A stretch of DNA of 64,000 bases from Alphaproteobacteria bacterium. GTDB lineage: Bacteria; Pseudomonadota; Alphaproteobacteria; UBA828. The DNA lies in assembly GCA_963422645.2 (NCBI GenBank), contig CAXXVO010000012.1, positions 1 to 64,000 of the forward strand, in the 5' to 3' direction. Made by a program: the position numbers and the translations under genes. Below, piece after piece: positions 39,275-49,634 of the stretch (position 1 is the stretch's first letter; the number at the start of each line of letters is the position of its first letter). The notes below the pieces were generated by a model that saw only the letters and a list, made by a program, of their open reading frames with translations, ran no database searches and was not told the DNA's origin.

Positions 39275-41455
39275 TCACCCCCCATCACCGTTGAGCCCGC
39301 GCAGCAGCGGCAGTTCGTCCTCGACCGGCAAACGCACATACAGTCCGCGCGTCTTGCCGCGGGTCACATGGCAGCTGTCCAGCCTGCCCGCCTTGATCCG
39401 TTCCCAGACCGTCTGCCGCGTGACACCCAGACGATCCATTGCCACAGCGAGGGGAACAAACCCCTCCGGAGGCGCCTCACGAAAGCGCTCGCGCAAGGTC
39501 GGGGTCATCCGGATCCGAAGAGGAGCACCTTCGATATCGGGCTGGGCAACCGGAACCAGCCCCTCGCGGATCCAGCGATAGATGGTGTCATCCGAGACTC
39601 CGATCTCCTTCGCCACATCGGCAACGCCCATGAGCACCGGCTCGTCCCCGTCGGGCTGGTAGGGCGCAATGCCATGGCGGCGACGCAGGCTGCCAACAAG
39701 CTCGGCCGTGAAATCCAGACCCCGTGCTGTGCGCCGTCCCTGGCGGGTGAGAACCTTCGCGGTCTCCCGGTCGTTGTAAAAGCATGACAGCTTGCGCACG
39801 AGCTCGACCGTGCTGCGCTCATCGCGCCGGGGTGTCGGAGAGCCCGCGAGCATCGGCAAAGTGATCTCGTCGATCTGCCCGCCACGCCAGCGCAATGTTG
39901 CCATGATCTCACGCTCCTGTCGCGCAAGCTCGATCGTCACCTCGTCGAGGAGGCAGGCGAGCAGGCGCTTGCGCTCGCGCATGGTCGTCGACGACGCCCC
40001 CCAGACCTGCGACAGGCGCGCGCCGAGACCCTCGAAAACCGCCGGGGCAGGGGCCGCGGGCTGACGCGCCCGTGCCGCCTCAAGCGCTTCCTGTGCAGCC
40101 TTCTCGGCGCGAAGCGCCTTCTCCCACTCGCGCTCCAGCGTTGCCGCAATCAGACGGTTGTCGGGATCGACCTGCTTTTAGCGCCGCTCGGCAAGCCGCG
40201 CCTCGTACCGGCAGTGCTCAAGATCCAGCTCCCAACGGCGCAACGCGCGCAGGCCGCGTTCAGCAACATCACAAGCCGCCTGCCGGGCCGCCTCCACCCC
40301 CGCCGGCGTGACCGCATCGAGAAACAGACGGGCAACTTCCGCATCAACGCGCTTGCCGCCTGTCGACCAACAACCGCCGCGCCGGCGCGCAGCATCGCGC
40401 TTGCGGCACTCATACCCCCAGCCCGTCTTGCTGTAGTAGACGGTCATCGGCAATCCGCAGCCGCCGCAGACCGCGAGACCCTGGAGCAGAGCCGACCCTT
40501 CCCGCGCCGCGCCGCGGGCTCCGTCCGGAGCCATGTGGTTGCGGGCCAGCTGCTCCTGTACTTCAAGCCATTCTGCCCAACTGACATATCCCTCATGCTT
40601 CTCCGGCTGAAGAATATCCCAGCGCTCCTGGACCGGCCGCAGCGGCGCACCGTGACCAACGCCGCGTTTGAAGCCGTAGGCATAGGCGCCGCCCATCGCC
40701 GGGTTGGTGAGGATGCGGTACACCCGTTCATAGCGCGCCGGGCCCCATTCCAATGCTGCCCCCGGGTGCCGGCGAGAGGGAACATCCTCGCCCGCCTCAC
40801 GCAGCAGCATCGTCGCCTGGCGGGCCGAACCGGCTTGCCGAAAACGCGCAAAGACCGTTGCAATCGCCGCCTGAACCCGGGCATCCGGATCCTTCCGCAA
40901 AGTCGAGCCATCCCGCACAAATCCGATCGGAACGCGCGAGTACAACTCGCCACGAAGCGCCTTGTTCCGCTTTCCGCCCTCCATCCGGGCGCGAATAAGA
41001 GACAGCTCAGCGGCGCTCACGGTTCCCTTGATCCCCAGGACAAGGGAGTCGTCGTCCCGGCTCGGGCAGTAGATGTGGCAGTCCTCAACCAGAACCGTGT
41101 CGTGCCTGCGACATAGATCGAGAAGCTGAAACCATTCCATCGTGTTCCTGGCGAGCCGCGAAACCTCAATCCCGAAGATGCCCCCGACATGGTCCCGGGC
41201 GATCAGGTCGCACATCTCCCGAAAGCCGCCACGCTCGCCGCGCGCCTTCTCGCTTGCGCTCTCGCCAAGATCGGCGTCGATCGTCCGTATCCGCTCGGCC
41301 GGCCAGCCAATCTCCCGGGCACGCTCGCCAAGCGCGTATTGGCGCAGCTGCGATTCCTGGTGCGCGTTCACTTGCAAGGGTGTCGACTGGCGAACGTAGA
41401 CAACTGCAAGACGCTCAAGATGACGCTGGGTGATCTTCGACGGATCGACCGTCAT
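39275..41455 (-). pseudogene. Large serine recombinase with in-frame TAA at 40178-40180
   Basis: YVRQS, DLGESAS, VSRLAR, Zn ribbon CGGCG...C, VDPDNRL, C-terminal HTH; frame continues past the stop. Confidence 0.88.
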
Positions 41456-41606
41456 CGGCCGCCTCCCGATCCGCAATCCGAACCATCAGATCGGCCAGAC
41501 CCTGCACGACGCGATCCCGGTCCGGAGCCGGAAACGCCAGCCACCGGTCCCGGCGCTCCTCCCACTCCATCAGCGCGATCAGCGCCAACTCCTGCTCCGC
41601 ATCCAT
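41415..41606 (-). CDS. Small hypothetical protein overlapping the recombinase start
   Basis: W..FP..DRDRVVQGLADLM amphipathic helix. Confidence 0.45.
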   Translation of the reverse strand: MDAEQELALIALMEWEERRDRWLAFPAPDRDRVVQGLADLMVRIADREAADDGRSVEDHPASS

Positions 41607-41804
41607 CGCGCCTGAGTTCCCTCTCATCAAGGTCATTCAGAAGATTAAGGAGGGTGAGGAAATCAGACAACTCTCCGATCAGGCGTGGTGCATCCTCGGG
41701 ACGGCTGAGCGTGCGCCCAGCATTTGATGGTGCGGTTTTCGGATTATTTGATGTTCGTGATGCGGCGCTTGGTTGATCTGCGAGAGCGGTGAGTGGCCTG
41801 GCTT

Positions 41805-42674
41805 TCATCGAGACCGCAGGAGCATCTCGTTCCAGTCCTTGGCGTGTCGTGGGCGCAACCTTTTCACCCTTGGATCGTTGAGCACGAGATGCTCGGCGGC
41901 AGTGTCGCCGGCGCTGTCTGCGTCGTAGGCACAGACGATGCGACGTGGCTTCCACTCCTTGATCCAGGGCGGGACCGAGCTGGCGATGCCGGCGGTTGAG
42001 GCGACGACGGCGCCGTTCTCGCGCGTCCCCTCGACGCGCAGGCTTCGTGCAGAGATGGCGTCGACGGCGCTCTCGGTGAGGATGACGAGGGCGGGCTGGT
42101 TTCGGTCGCAGTGGAGCCAGAAGCCGCCACGCGCCTTGCGCGATCCCGGGGCCATGCCCCTGAAGCGTTTTGTTCCGGGCTGCGGCGCGGTGCCGAGGAT
42201 CTCGGCGCCGGTCGTGTGCCCGCTGGCGTTTCGGCAGATGAAGACGGCGTTGATCCTGTCATCGGCGTAGAGGAGGCCTCGGCCGTGGCAGGCTTCGAGC
42301 ACGTCGGTGCCGATAGCGCGTTGGCGGATGAGGGCGTCCCGGACCCTGGGCCAGGCGCGGGGACTGGGCCTTGGCAGCCGCAGGCGTCGCGGGGCGGCTG
42401 GGATGGTGGTGATCTCCCTCCGCCCCTCATGGCTTCCGAGGAAGCGGAGGGCTTCCGGGAAGCGGCATCCCGTCGCATGGATGACGAGGTCGATGGCGCC
42501 ACCCCCTCCCGTGCCGCGCAGGTGATCGAAGAACTTCTCGCCGTTGATGCTGATGACCGAGCCCCCGCGCTTGAAGCGCGCCCGGTCGGTCGGGTCTCTG
42601 CGGTAGCCGAGGGCGGCGGCGACCCGGTCGAGGGGGATGTTGCGGCAGGTGGCCAGGGGATCGCCGCCGCTCAT
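41805..42674 (-). CDS. DUF3991/toprim primase-like protein
   Basis: GGGAIDLV, TESAVDAIS, AYDADSAG, KDWNE. Confidence 0.8.
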   Translation of the reverse strand: MSGGDPLATCRNIPLDRVAAALGYRRDPTDRARFKRGGSVISINGEKFFDHLRGTGGGGAIDLVIHATGCRFPEALRFLGSHEGRREITTIPAAPRRLRLPRPSPRAWPRVRDALIRQRAIGTDVLEACHGRGLLYADDRINAVFICRNASGHTTGAEILGTAPQPGTKRFRGMAPGSRKARGGFWLHCDRNQPALVILTESAVDAISARSLRVEGTRENGAVVASTAGIASSVPPWIKEWKPRRIVCAYDADSAGDTAAEHLVLNDPRVKRLRPRHAKDWNEMLLRSR

Positions 42675-42715
42675 TGCCGGGTCCCGGCGAAGGTCTGCTT
42701 GGAAGGGAGGCTGAC

Positions 42716-42776
42716 GGCGTTCCCGTTCCTGTACCCTTCAACGCTTAAGAGTTCCGGGAACGGGAACGGGAACGCC
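42716..42776. repeat. Perfect 14-bp inverted repeat with GGGAAC iterations
   Basis: GGCGTTCCCGTTCC (42716-42729) / GGAACGGGAACGCC (42763-42776). Confidence 0.9.
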
Positions 42777-43775
42777 TCATCCCGCACTTCCGTTGATGGC
42801 GGCAGGGGATTGCGGCTCCCGGTGCGCCTCGGCGGCTGCGAGGCGATAGCCACCCCTGGGCGCCCGTTCGATGCGCCCCTCCCTGGTGAGGCTCTCGATG
42901 GCGGCAACGACGGTGGCGTTGCGGGCAGCGGCGCGTGAGCGGATCTGGGCTTTCGAGAGCGGCTTTTCGGCCTGCTCGATCGCCTTGAAGACGCGCTGCT
43001 CGACGGTGGCGGGCTCGTGCCTGTCTTCATCTGCCGCGTCCTGGTGCAGACGGAAGGCCGGCCCATGTCCGCCGTCGACGAGTTCCAGCTCGATGTCGTT
43101 GAGGCCCCGGGCGTCGCGCTGCTCGACCGTCATGACGATCTTCTTGTCGCGCCGGCGCAGGTACAGATTTGAGTCACCCCAAGCGTGCAGCTCGCTGCTC
43201 CCGCGCAGGGCCTGCCCCGGCCGGGTGCCGCCGCTCTTGCGGGCGTGGTGGACGAGGAGGACGGCGGTTTCGAAGCGGCGCTGCAGTTCGCGCAGGAAGC
43301 CGAGGATGGGGGCGATCTCTGCGACGGCGTTCTCGTCGACGCTGTGCAGGCGGACCAGGGGATCGAGGATCAGGAGGCGCGGTTCGATGCGCTCCACGGT
43401 CTGCTGCAGGCGTTGACGGTCGCCGGGCCGGTCGAGACGCAGGGTGGGCACGTCGATGACGGCGATGTCGAGTTCGTCGAAGGGGGTGGCGGCGGCGCGG
43501 GCGATCCCCTGCAGACGCTTGCGCACCCTGTGGCCGGCGTCCTCGGCGGCGAAGAGCAGCACGGTGCCGCTTGCGCTGGGGCGGTAGTGGCGCAGGCATG
43601 GGACGCCGGTGGCCACGGCGACGGCGAGATCGAGCGCGAGCAGGGATTTGCCGCACTTGGGCTCGCCGCCGACGATGCCCACGGCCTGCTCGGCCCACAG
43701 CGTGTCCACCATCCACTGTTGCGCCCGGGGGCGATCCTCGAGCTGCATCGGCGCCCGTGTCGGGAAGCCCTTCAC
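42777..43775 (-). CDS. AAA_25 / RepA-like helicase with C-terminal wHTH
   Basis: GEPKCGKS, AAED, ILDP, LVHHARK, LRGSS; GTGA overlap with exeA-like stop. Confidence 0.82.
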   Translation of the reverse strand: MKGFPTRAPMQLEDRPRAQQWMVDTLWAEQAVGIVGGEPKCGKSLLALDLAVAVATGVPCLRHYRPSASGTVLLFAAEDAGHRVRKRLQGIARAAATPFDELDIAVIDVPTLRLDRPGDRQRLQQTVERIEPRLLILDPLVRLHSVDENAVAEIAPILGFLRELQRRFETAVLLVHHARKSGGTRPGQALRGSSELHAWGDSNLYLRRRDKKIVMTVEQRDARGLNDIELELVDGGHGPAFRLHQDAADEDRHEPATVEQRVFKAIEQAEKPLSKAQIRSRAAARNATVVAAIESLTREGRIERAPRGGYRLAAAEAHREPQSPAAINGSAG

Positions 43776-44605
43776 CGCCGTGCCCTCTTCGGCTTGGCGG
43801 GCTCGCCCAGGATCTCCATGAAGAGCTTCTCGTCGAGAACCTCGCGGTTCTTCTCGGCGCCGGCGGCGAGCAGCATGTCGCCCATGACGGTAAGCGCCCT
43901 GGGGTTGCCGCCGGCGTGGGTGACCAGGGTGTCCTTGAGCTCTGCGCTCATGAGGCCCGGATTGCCGCCCTGCTCGACCAGATGGTCGAGCAGGGCCGCG
44001 AGGTCGCCGGCGTCTGCCTGGGTCATGACCAGGCGCTGGCGCAGGCGCGAGGCGATGGGCTGCAAGTCGGGCTGGCGGAGCCTGTCGATCAGGCGGCTGT
44101 CGCCGGCGAAGACGACCGAGAGGATGGCGCGCGAGTCGAAGTCGGTGGACGCCAGCAGGCGGATCTCGGAGATCACCGAGGGCAGCAGCTCCTGGGCCTC
44201 GTCGATGAGCACCACGGGCCGCATGCGGGTGTCGTCGACATGGGTGAGCCATCGCTCGCGCAGGTTTTTGAAGCTGGCCCAGCGGTTGTTGTACATCAGG
44301 TCGACGCCGAACATCCCGCCGATCTCGCGGTAGAAGTCGGACAGCCTGGAAGAGGGGTGGGTGATGGCACAGACCCTGAGCCCGTCCGAGCGGCCGAGGC
44401 GGTCGGCGAGCACGCGCAACGCCACGCTCTTTCCGGTGCCGGGCTCGCCGGCGATCAACGCGAAGCCGCCCTGGCGCACAAGATGATGCTCGATTCTGAG
44501 GCAGAAGCTGTCGACGGCGGGGCTCACCATGAGGCTGTCGACCGGAAGGTCGGTGGCGAAGGGGTTCCATTTGAGCCCGTAGAAGGTGAGCAGCTCGCGG
44601 TTCAT
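43772..44605 (-). CDS. ExeA-like transposon AAA ATPase
   Basis: YGLKWNPF, GEPGTGKS, IDEAQ, ASRLR, GGNPR. Confidence 0.85.
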   Translation of the reverse strand: MNRELLTFYGLKWNPFATDLPVDSLMVSPAVDSFCLRIEHHLVRQGGFALIAGEPGTGKSVALRVLADRLGRSDGLRVCAITHPSSRLSDFYREIGGMFGVDLMYNNRWASFKNLRERWLTHVDDTRMRPVVLIDEAQELLPSVISEIRLLASTDFDSRAILSVVFAGDSRLIDRLRQPDLQPIASRLRQRLVMTQADAGDLAALLDHLVEQGGNPGLMSAELKDTLVTHAGGNPRALTVMGDMLLAAGAEKNREVLDEKLFMEILGEPAKPKRARR

Positions 44606-46078
44606 GACGGATCTCCCTGATCGTCGTCCTCGCCCGGACCGGGCGTCTTGTTATGGGGTACCCAGGCCGGCGGCAGGCCTGTTGCGGCCTGGGCGTCGAG
44701 CACGCCCTTGAGCAGCGGCGGAAGTTCGCCGACGCCCGCGCTGGCGCCGCCATGGTCGCTGCCGGGTCTCGCAGGACGGCGGACGCCATCGGCGTTGCCG
44801 CGCTTGTCGAGGGGGTACAGCGTGCACAGCCGCTCGCCGCTTCGGCCTTCCACCAGATCGACGCCGCTGAGGTCCCAGCGCGCATAGCGGACCCAGAGCG
44901 TCCTCAGGTGGCGCCACGGCTGTGGCACCTGGTAGCGGATGCCCTCGACCGAGACGGTGCCGTCCGAGCGCCTGAGCGTGCGCTTCCTGGCGATGCGGAA
45001 GGCCGCCTTGAGCTCGTCCGAGGCGGGGCAGGGCCTCGATGCCTTGACGCTCCCGGCGAGGCGTTCATGCGGCGTCATGCCGAGCTCGCGGTGCACCCGC
45101 CGATGGTAGTCCTGCTCCAGCCAGGCTATGGTGGCGTCGTTGAGCATCTTCAGGGTGAGCGCGTCGACGCCTTCGAGCTGAGCCATCAGGCGGCCCTCGA
45201 CCGTGCCCCAGAACGACTCGATTTTTCCATTTTGATGGGGGCTGTAAGCGAGTGTCGTGGCCCCCACGATGCCGAGGCGGTGCAAGCCCTCCTCGACCTC
45301 GCCCGCCGTCATCGGCCCGCCGTTGTCGGTCAGCAGGGACCTGGGCAAGTCCCTCTTCATGAAGGCCTGACAGAGCCCGTGGACGAAGACCTCGGCGGTC
45401 TCCTCCAGGTACCACTGCAGGTGGCAGCCAAGCCTGGAGTGGTCGTCGAGGAAGCCGAGCAGGATGGGCGTCTGCCATTCGCCCGACGCCGTCAGCACGC
45501 GGCGCTTGCCGTGGTGGAAGTCCCCGTGCCACAGCGCGTGACTGCGAGACACCTCGTAGCTAAGGACCTCGCGGGCTTCGACCGCCGGCTTGTCCTCACC
45601 CTCGTGCCACTTCCTGGGGCGCTCGCGCACCAGGCCGCGATTGCGCATCGCCCGCGCTCAGCGTCGCGTAGGACGGCATCGGGCCGAGCTCGGGATGGGT
45701 CGCAACATGAGCCTTGAGGGTCTCGTAGTGGAGCTGCGCCGCCCACGAGGGATGGACCCGGTACTGCTCGCGCAGCGCCGCGATCAGCCCCGCCGACATG
45801 GACCGCTCGCGGCCGACGTCGGTCCGAGGCTTCCGGCGCAGCGCCTTGACCGGGTCCTGCTCCTCTGCCCGCGCCCGGTAGTACCAGCGCTCGATCGTCG
45901 AGGCCGCAAAGCGCACCGGCCCCTTGCCCGACGGGTGCTCCCAGTCGCGCTGCGACAGACGCTCGAACTCGGCCCCCAGCTGGCCTGCAGGCGGCGGTGA
46001 AGCCAGAAGCGGCCCCACCACCGCAAAGCGCAGCCGGGCCCACTTCTCGCGCCTGGCGCCCGCGTCGTCCTTGTCCAT
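44602..46078 (-). pseudogene. DDE (rve, Mu-like) transposase, frameshifted near 45655
   Basis: WHGDF, DDHSR, TDNG, GKIE; removing one base joins the two frames. Confidence 0.85.
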
Positions 46079-46127
46079 TCCGGCATCCCTCCCTCGCCGC
46101 ATCGGAGAGATGCCCATGTAGAACGCC

Positions 46128-46745
46128 CTATCCGGGCGTGACAGGAACACTTTCTGCGGGCGGCGCCGAGCCATCGCCGAGCCCGCAATAGCCCGTCCAC
46201 GGCTTGAACCAGATCAGGCTCAGGAACAGACGCTCACCGAAGCGTCCGCCCCGCATCTGCCGCAGCACGAAGAGCAGCGGCACCTCCTCGGGTGGCATCA
46301 CCAGTTCGCCACGCTTCGCTCCCCAGGGCTCCGTCGCCGGGAACGCCTCCAGCCACCACTTCCGCCAGCGGCGCAGTGTGGCGACCGAGACCCCCCACTT
46401 CCGCTTGATCGTCTGCAACCGCACCCCGCCTCTCAGAACCAGTGCACTCAACAGAACGAACAGGGCGCCCAGATAAAAGCGGCGCCCGAAGAATCGTACC
46501 GATGGTGGGGTCGCTCGCAGGCGGCAATCCGCGCAGCAGAAGCTGAACCGCCGCGTGCCCTCTTCCCTCAACTCGGCTGCCAGACCGTACGGCTTGCGCG
46601 GATACGTCGCGCTGTGCAGCTTGCCGGGGCAGTGTCGGCAGCCCGCCTCGCGGCAGCGCGCCGCCTCGGCCTCATCGACCTCGCGCAGCCAGGCCCAGAC
46701 CAGGGCGTTGCAAAGCATGGAGTGGCGGAAAATGTTGTGCGACAT
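46128..46745 (-). CDS. Cys-rich zinc-finger/HTH hypothetical protein heading the transposase operon
   Basis: CRHC...FCCADCR; TLRRWRKWW. Confidence 0.65.
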   Translation of the reverse strand: MSHNIFRHSMLCNALVWAWLREVDEAEAARCREAGCRHCPGKLHSATYPRKPYGLAAELREEGTRRFSFCCADCRLRATPPSVRFFGRRFYLGALFVLLSALVLRGGVRLQTIKRKWGVSVATLRRWRKWWLEAFPATEPWGAKRGELVMPPEEVPLLFVLRQMRGGRFGERLFLSLIWFKPWTGYCGLGDGSAPPAESVPVTPG

Positions 46746-46895
46746 TGGGGCCGTCTCTGGCGATTGTGACCGTCACCACGAGACAAAGCCCCCCGGCGAA
46801 CTTCTTGCAAGTTCGCCGAGGGGCACCCGCCCCAAAACCTCAACAAATCCGAGCGGATCAGGCCCCGATCCCCGCTGAAAGACCGCGCGCGCTCA

Positions 46896-47267
46896 GAAGG
46901 CCGGTCCGACGCCGACTGGCCCGCGGCCGTGCTCGGAGGCCCGGTCATGGCCGCCATCGGCGCACGCTCCCGAACCGCCCGCCTCTCCGCAGAAACCGCC
47001 GCAAAGCAGGCCAGGAGACACCCCGATCTCGAACCCGCAGACTACGCCCGCGTCCAGCGCATCCTCGATCAAGGGGAGATGTTCGTGGAGGACAACGGCC
47101 GTTTCGCGCAGGGCTTCCTCGAAGAGGACGGGCGCCTGTGGAAGGCCGTCGTCAAGTCGGCCGCAGGTGGCGACGAGGCCTACATCGTGAGCCTGCACAA
47201 GGCGCAGCCCCATAACCTCGACGCCGCGCGCCGGCGCCTGAAGCGGATTGTCGGGGAGGGAGGTTGA
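46896..47267 (+). pseudogene. C-terminal fragment resembling the MuF-associated (PBECR/RelE-like) nuclease domain
   Basis: WPAAVL...LSAETAAKQARRHPDL...DY...WKAVVK...EAYIVSLH; 5' part cut at 46895. Confidence 0.55.
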
Positions 47268-47334
47268 CGCCGGGCGGGTCGTAAACCCCGCGCTCGCCCG
47301 AAGGCATGAGAGGACTACGAATGCTTCCGGCGTC
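47266..47334 (+). ncRNA. Predicted pseudoknotted RNA
   Basis: P1 GACGCCGG/CCGGCGTC, P2 GCGGG/CCCGC, P3, loop TCGTA pairing with TACGA. Confidence 0.4.
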
Positions 47335-47439
47335 GCGCCCGACCCTACGCGCCGCCGCACGCCACCTCAAGCCGATTCAGCGCCCCGGCGCGGGCCGCCG
47401 CCAGCCTCGCGGGACGGGCGCCTCGCCCCGCACCTCGCA

Positions 47440-47701
47440 CCGGATTTTCCAGCCGAATCCGATACCCCGAAACCGCACCGATTTACGGGCCTTTCAGCAC
47501 CCCTGAAACGCCCCGAAAATCATCGTTTCCAGCCAATTCACGGCCTCTGCACGGCCCGATTCGCAAAGACTTCCGTCCGCACGCCAGCCGCCGCACCGCC
47601 ACCGTGCCGCCGCGCATCCCCTTGAGATTCCGCCACCTTCCGCCCGATTCCGCCTGATTCCACCCCTTGACCCGATTCACAACGACTTTCGTCCGTCTAC
47701 A
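47440..47701. mobile_element. Mu-like/transposon terminus ending ...CTACA
   Basis: TGTAG on the minus strand sits exactly at the truncation of the aminotransferase; repeated GATTC motifs nearby. Confidence 0.55.
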
Positions 47702-48126
47702 GCGCTGCCGCCGTGATAGGCACCGACGAAGGAGAGGATGCCGCGGCGCTGCGTCGCCGCCTCCAGCAAACGCACCACGGCGTCGTTGGCGTCGGAGCCG
47801 GCATGACCGAACCAGACCCGCCGGTCGCGGTCGTCGGGCAGACGCGCCAGCAGGTCCTCCGCCAGCCCGACCGCGTTCCCGACGGCGCACGAGGCGAGGC
47901 TGACCGCACCCATGTTGCCCACAGCCTCGCTCACCGCTTCGGCCAGCGCCGGATGGCTGTAGCCGAGACACGCCGCGCCCCACGAGGCGCTGAAGTCGAG
48001 CACGCGCCGGCCCCCCTCCTCGATCACGTAGGAGCCCTCGCCGCCCACGGCGGTCGCCGGGAAGAAGCGAAGCCGCTCGATATCGGCGATGGTGCGCCCG
48101 TCGCGGGCCAACAGGTCATCGGTCAT
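47702..48126 (-). pseudogene. Class III aminotransferase (GabT-like), 3'-truncated
   Basis: GEGSY...LDF...LGYSHP...GSDAND...FVGAYHG then cut; PLP-lysine region absent. Confidence 0.85.
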
Positions 48127-48172
48127 GGCGCGTTCCAGCTTCGATGTTCGCTTTGGGTGTGCGGGCGGAGAG

Positions 48173-49594
48173 TCAGATAGGCGGGAGCACGTCCCGCCAG
48201 GGATTGGCCGCTTCGTAGGCCGCCGCGGCCTGGAAGACACTCAGGTCGTCGTAGGTCCGCCCGACGATCTGAATACCGGTGGGCAACCCGGCAGACGAAA
48301 GGCCGCTCGGCACCGCGATCACCGGGCATTGGCTCACCATGTTGAAGGGGTAGCAGAGGTTCCAGCCCAGATAGGCGTGAACCGGCTTGCCGTTGACCCG
48401 GAAATCCTCCGCGCCGCAGTCGTGCTCCGCCGCCACCGTCGGCACGGCGAGCGACGGGCAGACCAGCACGTCGCACTCGTCCAGAATCGGCGCCAGAGAG
48501 CGATACATCGCGCCCCGCACGATGTTGCAGCGGTAGAGCGTCCCCGCCGTGTGCGCGCGGCCGTTCTCGATGATACCGACCATGTAGGGGTCCATCTCGT
48601 CGCGCCACTCGTCGACCATCCCGCCGAGGCTCGACGCCGCCATGCCCTCCCAGTAGCGGAGATAGGGATGGGGCAGGTCGAACCCGCCCCAATCCGGCGT
48701 CACCTCACGAATCGTGCAGCCGAGGCGGCGAAACACGTCCACCGCGGCCTCCGTGTTGCGGGCGACCTCGGGGTCGATCTCAAACATGCCCAGGTCCATC
48801 GAGAAGCCGACCGTCCAGCCCTCGATCGGCGCATAGCTTTCGGGCAAGACGATCCGCTCCTTGAGCGAGCACATGTCGTCGCCGTGCGCGCCCGACATCA
48901 CGTTCTGCATCAGCGCAGCGTCGCCGACGCTCCGCGTCATCGGCCCGTAGTGGAGCAGCGACTCGATAGGATGATCGACGTCGAGAGGATTGCGCCCGAA
49001 GGGCGGCTTGTAGCCGACGATATGGCAGGCGGCGGCCGGTATGCGGACCGAGCCGCCGGCATCGGTGCCGTCGGCGAGCACCGTCATGCCCGCAGCGAGC
49101 GCAGCCCCGGCACCGCCCGACGAGCCGCCGGGGGCGTGCTCCAGGCTCCAGGGGTTGCGGGTAACGCCCCAGAGCGGACTTGCGGTGATCGGCGCGTAGG
49201 CGAACTCCGGCGTGGTGGTGCGCGCGTGCATGATGCCGCCGGCGTCGAGCAGACGGGCGACGGTGGGCGCGGAGCGCTCGGGCCTGTGGGTCGCGAACGC
49301 CTTCGAGCCGAAGGTCGTGAGCTCGCCTGCAACCGGGTGAAAGTCCTTGATGGCGACAGGAATGCCTTCCAGCGGCCGCGCCTCCCCGCAAGCGTAAGCC
49401 GCCTCTGCCGCGCGGGCCTGGTCGAGGGCGCGCTCTGCATGCACCTCGGTGAAGGCGTTGAGGGCGGGGTTGACGGAGTCGATCCGAGCCAGAGTCGCTT
49501 CCATGAGAGCGACCGGCGAGAGCGACCCGGTTTTGAACGCGGCAATCGCCTGGGTGGCGGTGAGCGTGCAGAGCTCGCGCGCGGATAAGGTCAT
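48173..49594 (-). CDS. Amidase signature family enzyme
   Basis: AIKD, GGSSGG, GTDAGGSVRIPA. Confidence 0.92.
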   Translation of the reverse strand: MTLSARELCTLTATQAIAAFKTGSLSPVALMEATLARIDSVNPALNAFTEVHAERALDQARAAEAAYACGEARPLEGIPVAIKDFHPVAGELTTFGSKAFATHRPERSAPTVARLLDAGGIMHARTTTPEFAYAPITASPLWGVTRNPWSLEHAPGGSSGGAGAALAAGMTVLADGTDAGGSVRIPAAACHIVGYKPPFGRNPLDVDHPIESLLHYGPMTRSVGDAALMQNVMSGAHGDDMCSLKERIVLPESYAPIEGWTVGFSMDLGMFEIDPEVARNTEAAVDVFRRLGCTIREVTPDWGGFDLPHPYLRYWEGMAASSLGGMVDEWRDEMDPYMVGIIENGRAHTAGTLYRCNIVRGAMYRSLAPILDECDVLVCPSLAVPTVAAEHDCGAEDFRVNGKPVHAYLGWNLCYPFNMVSQCPVIAVPSGLSSAGLPTGIQIVGRTYDDLSVFQAAAAYEAANPWRDVLPPI

Positions 49595-49634
49595 TCTCTA
49601 CCCTCGGCCCTACGGCGCAGCCCCGGCCTGCCAA

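Larger units (their letters stand above)
39086..46895 (-). mobile_element. 7.8-kb element with DDE transposase, ExeA ATPase, helicase, primase and serine recombinase
   Basis: Bounded by TGA...TCA; interrupts a different gene on each side; all genes co-oriented. Confidence 0.7.

Noticed and set aside
40178-40180. Programmed readthrough or frameshifting in the recombinase and transposase
   Set aside because: No slippery site or recoding signal seen; multiple lesions fit decay or sequencing error
47266-47334. Twister or hammerhead ribozyme
   Set aside because: GGTCGTAAACCC is only superficially twister-like; the conserved catalytic cores were not found
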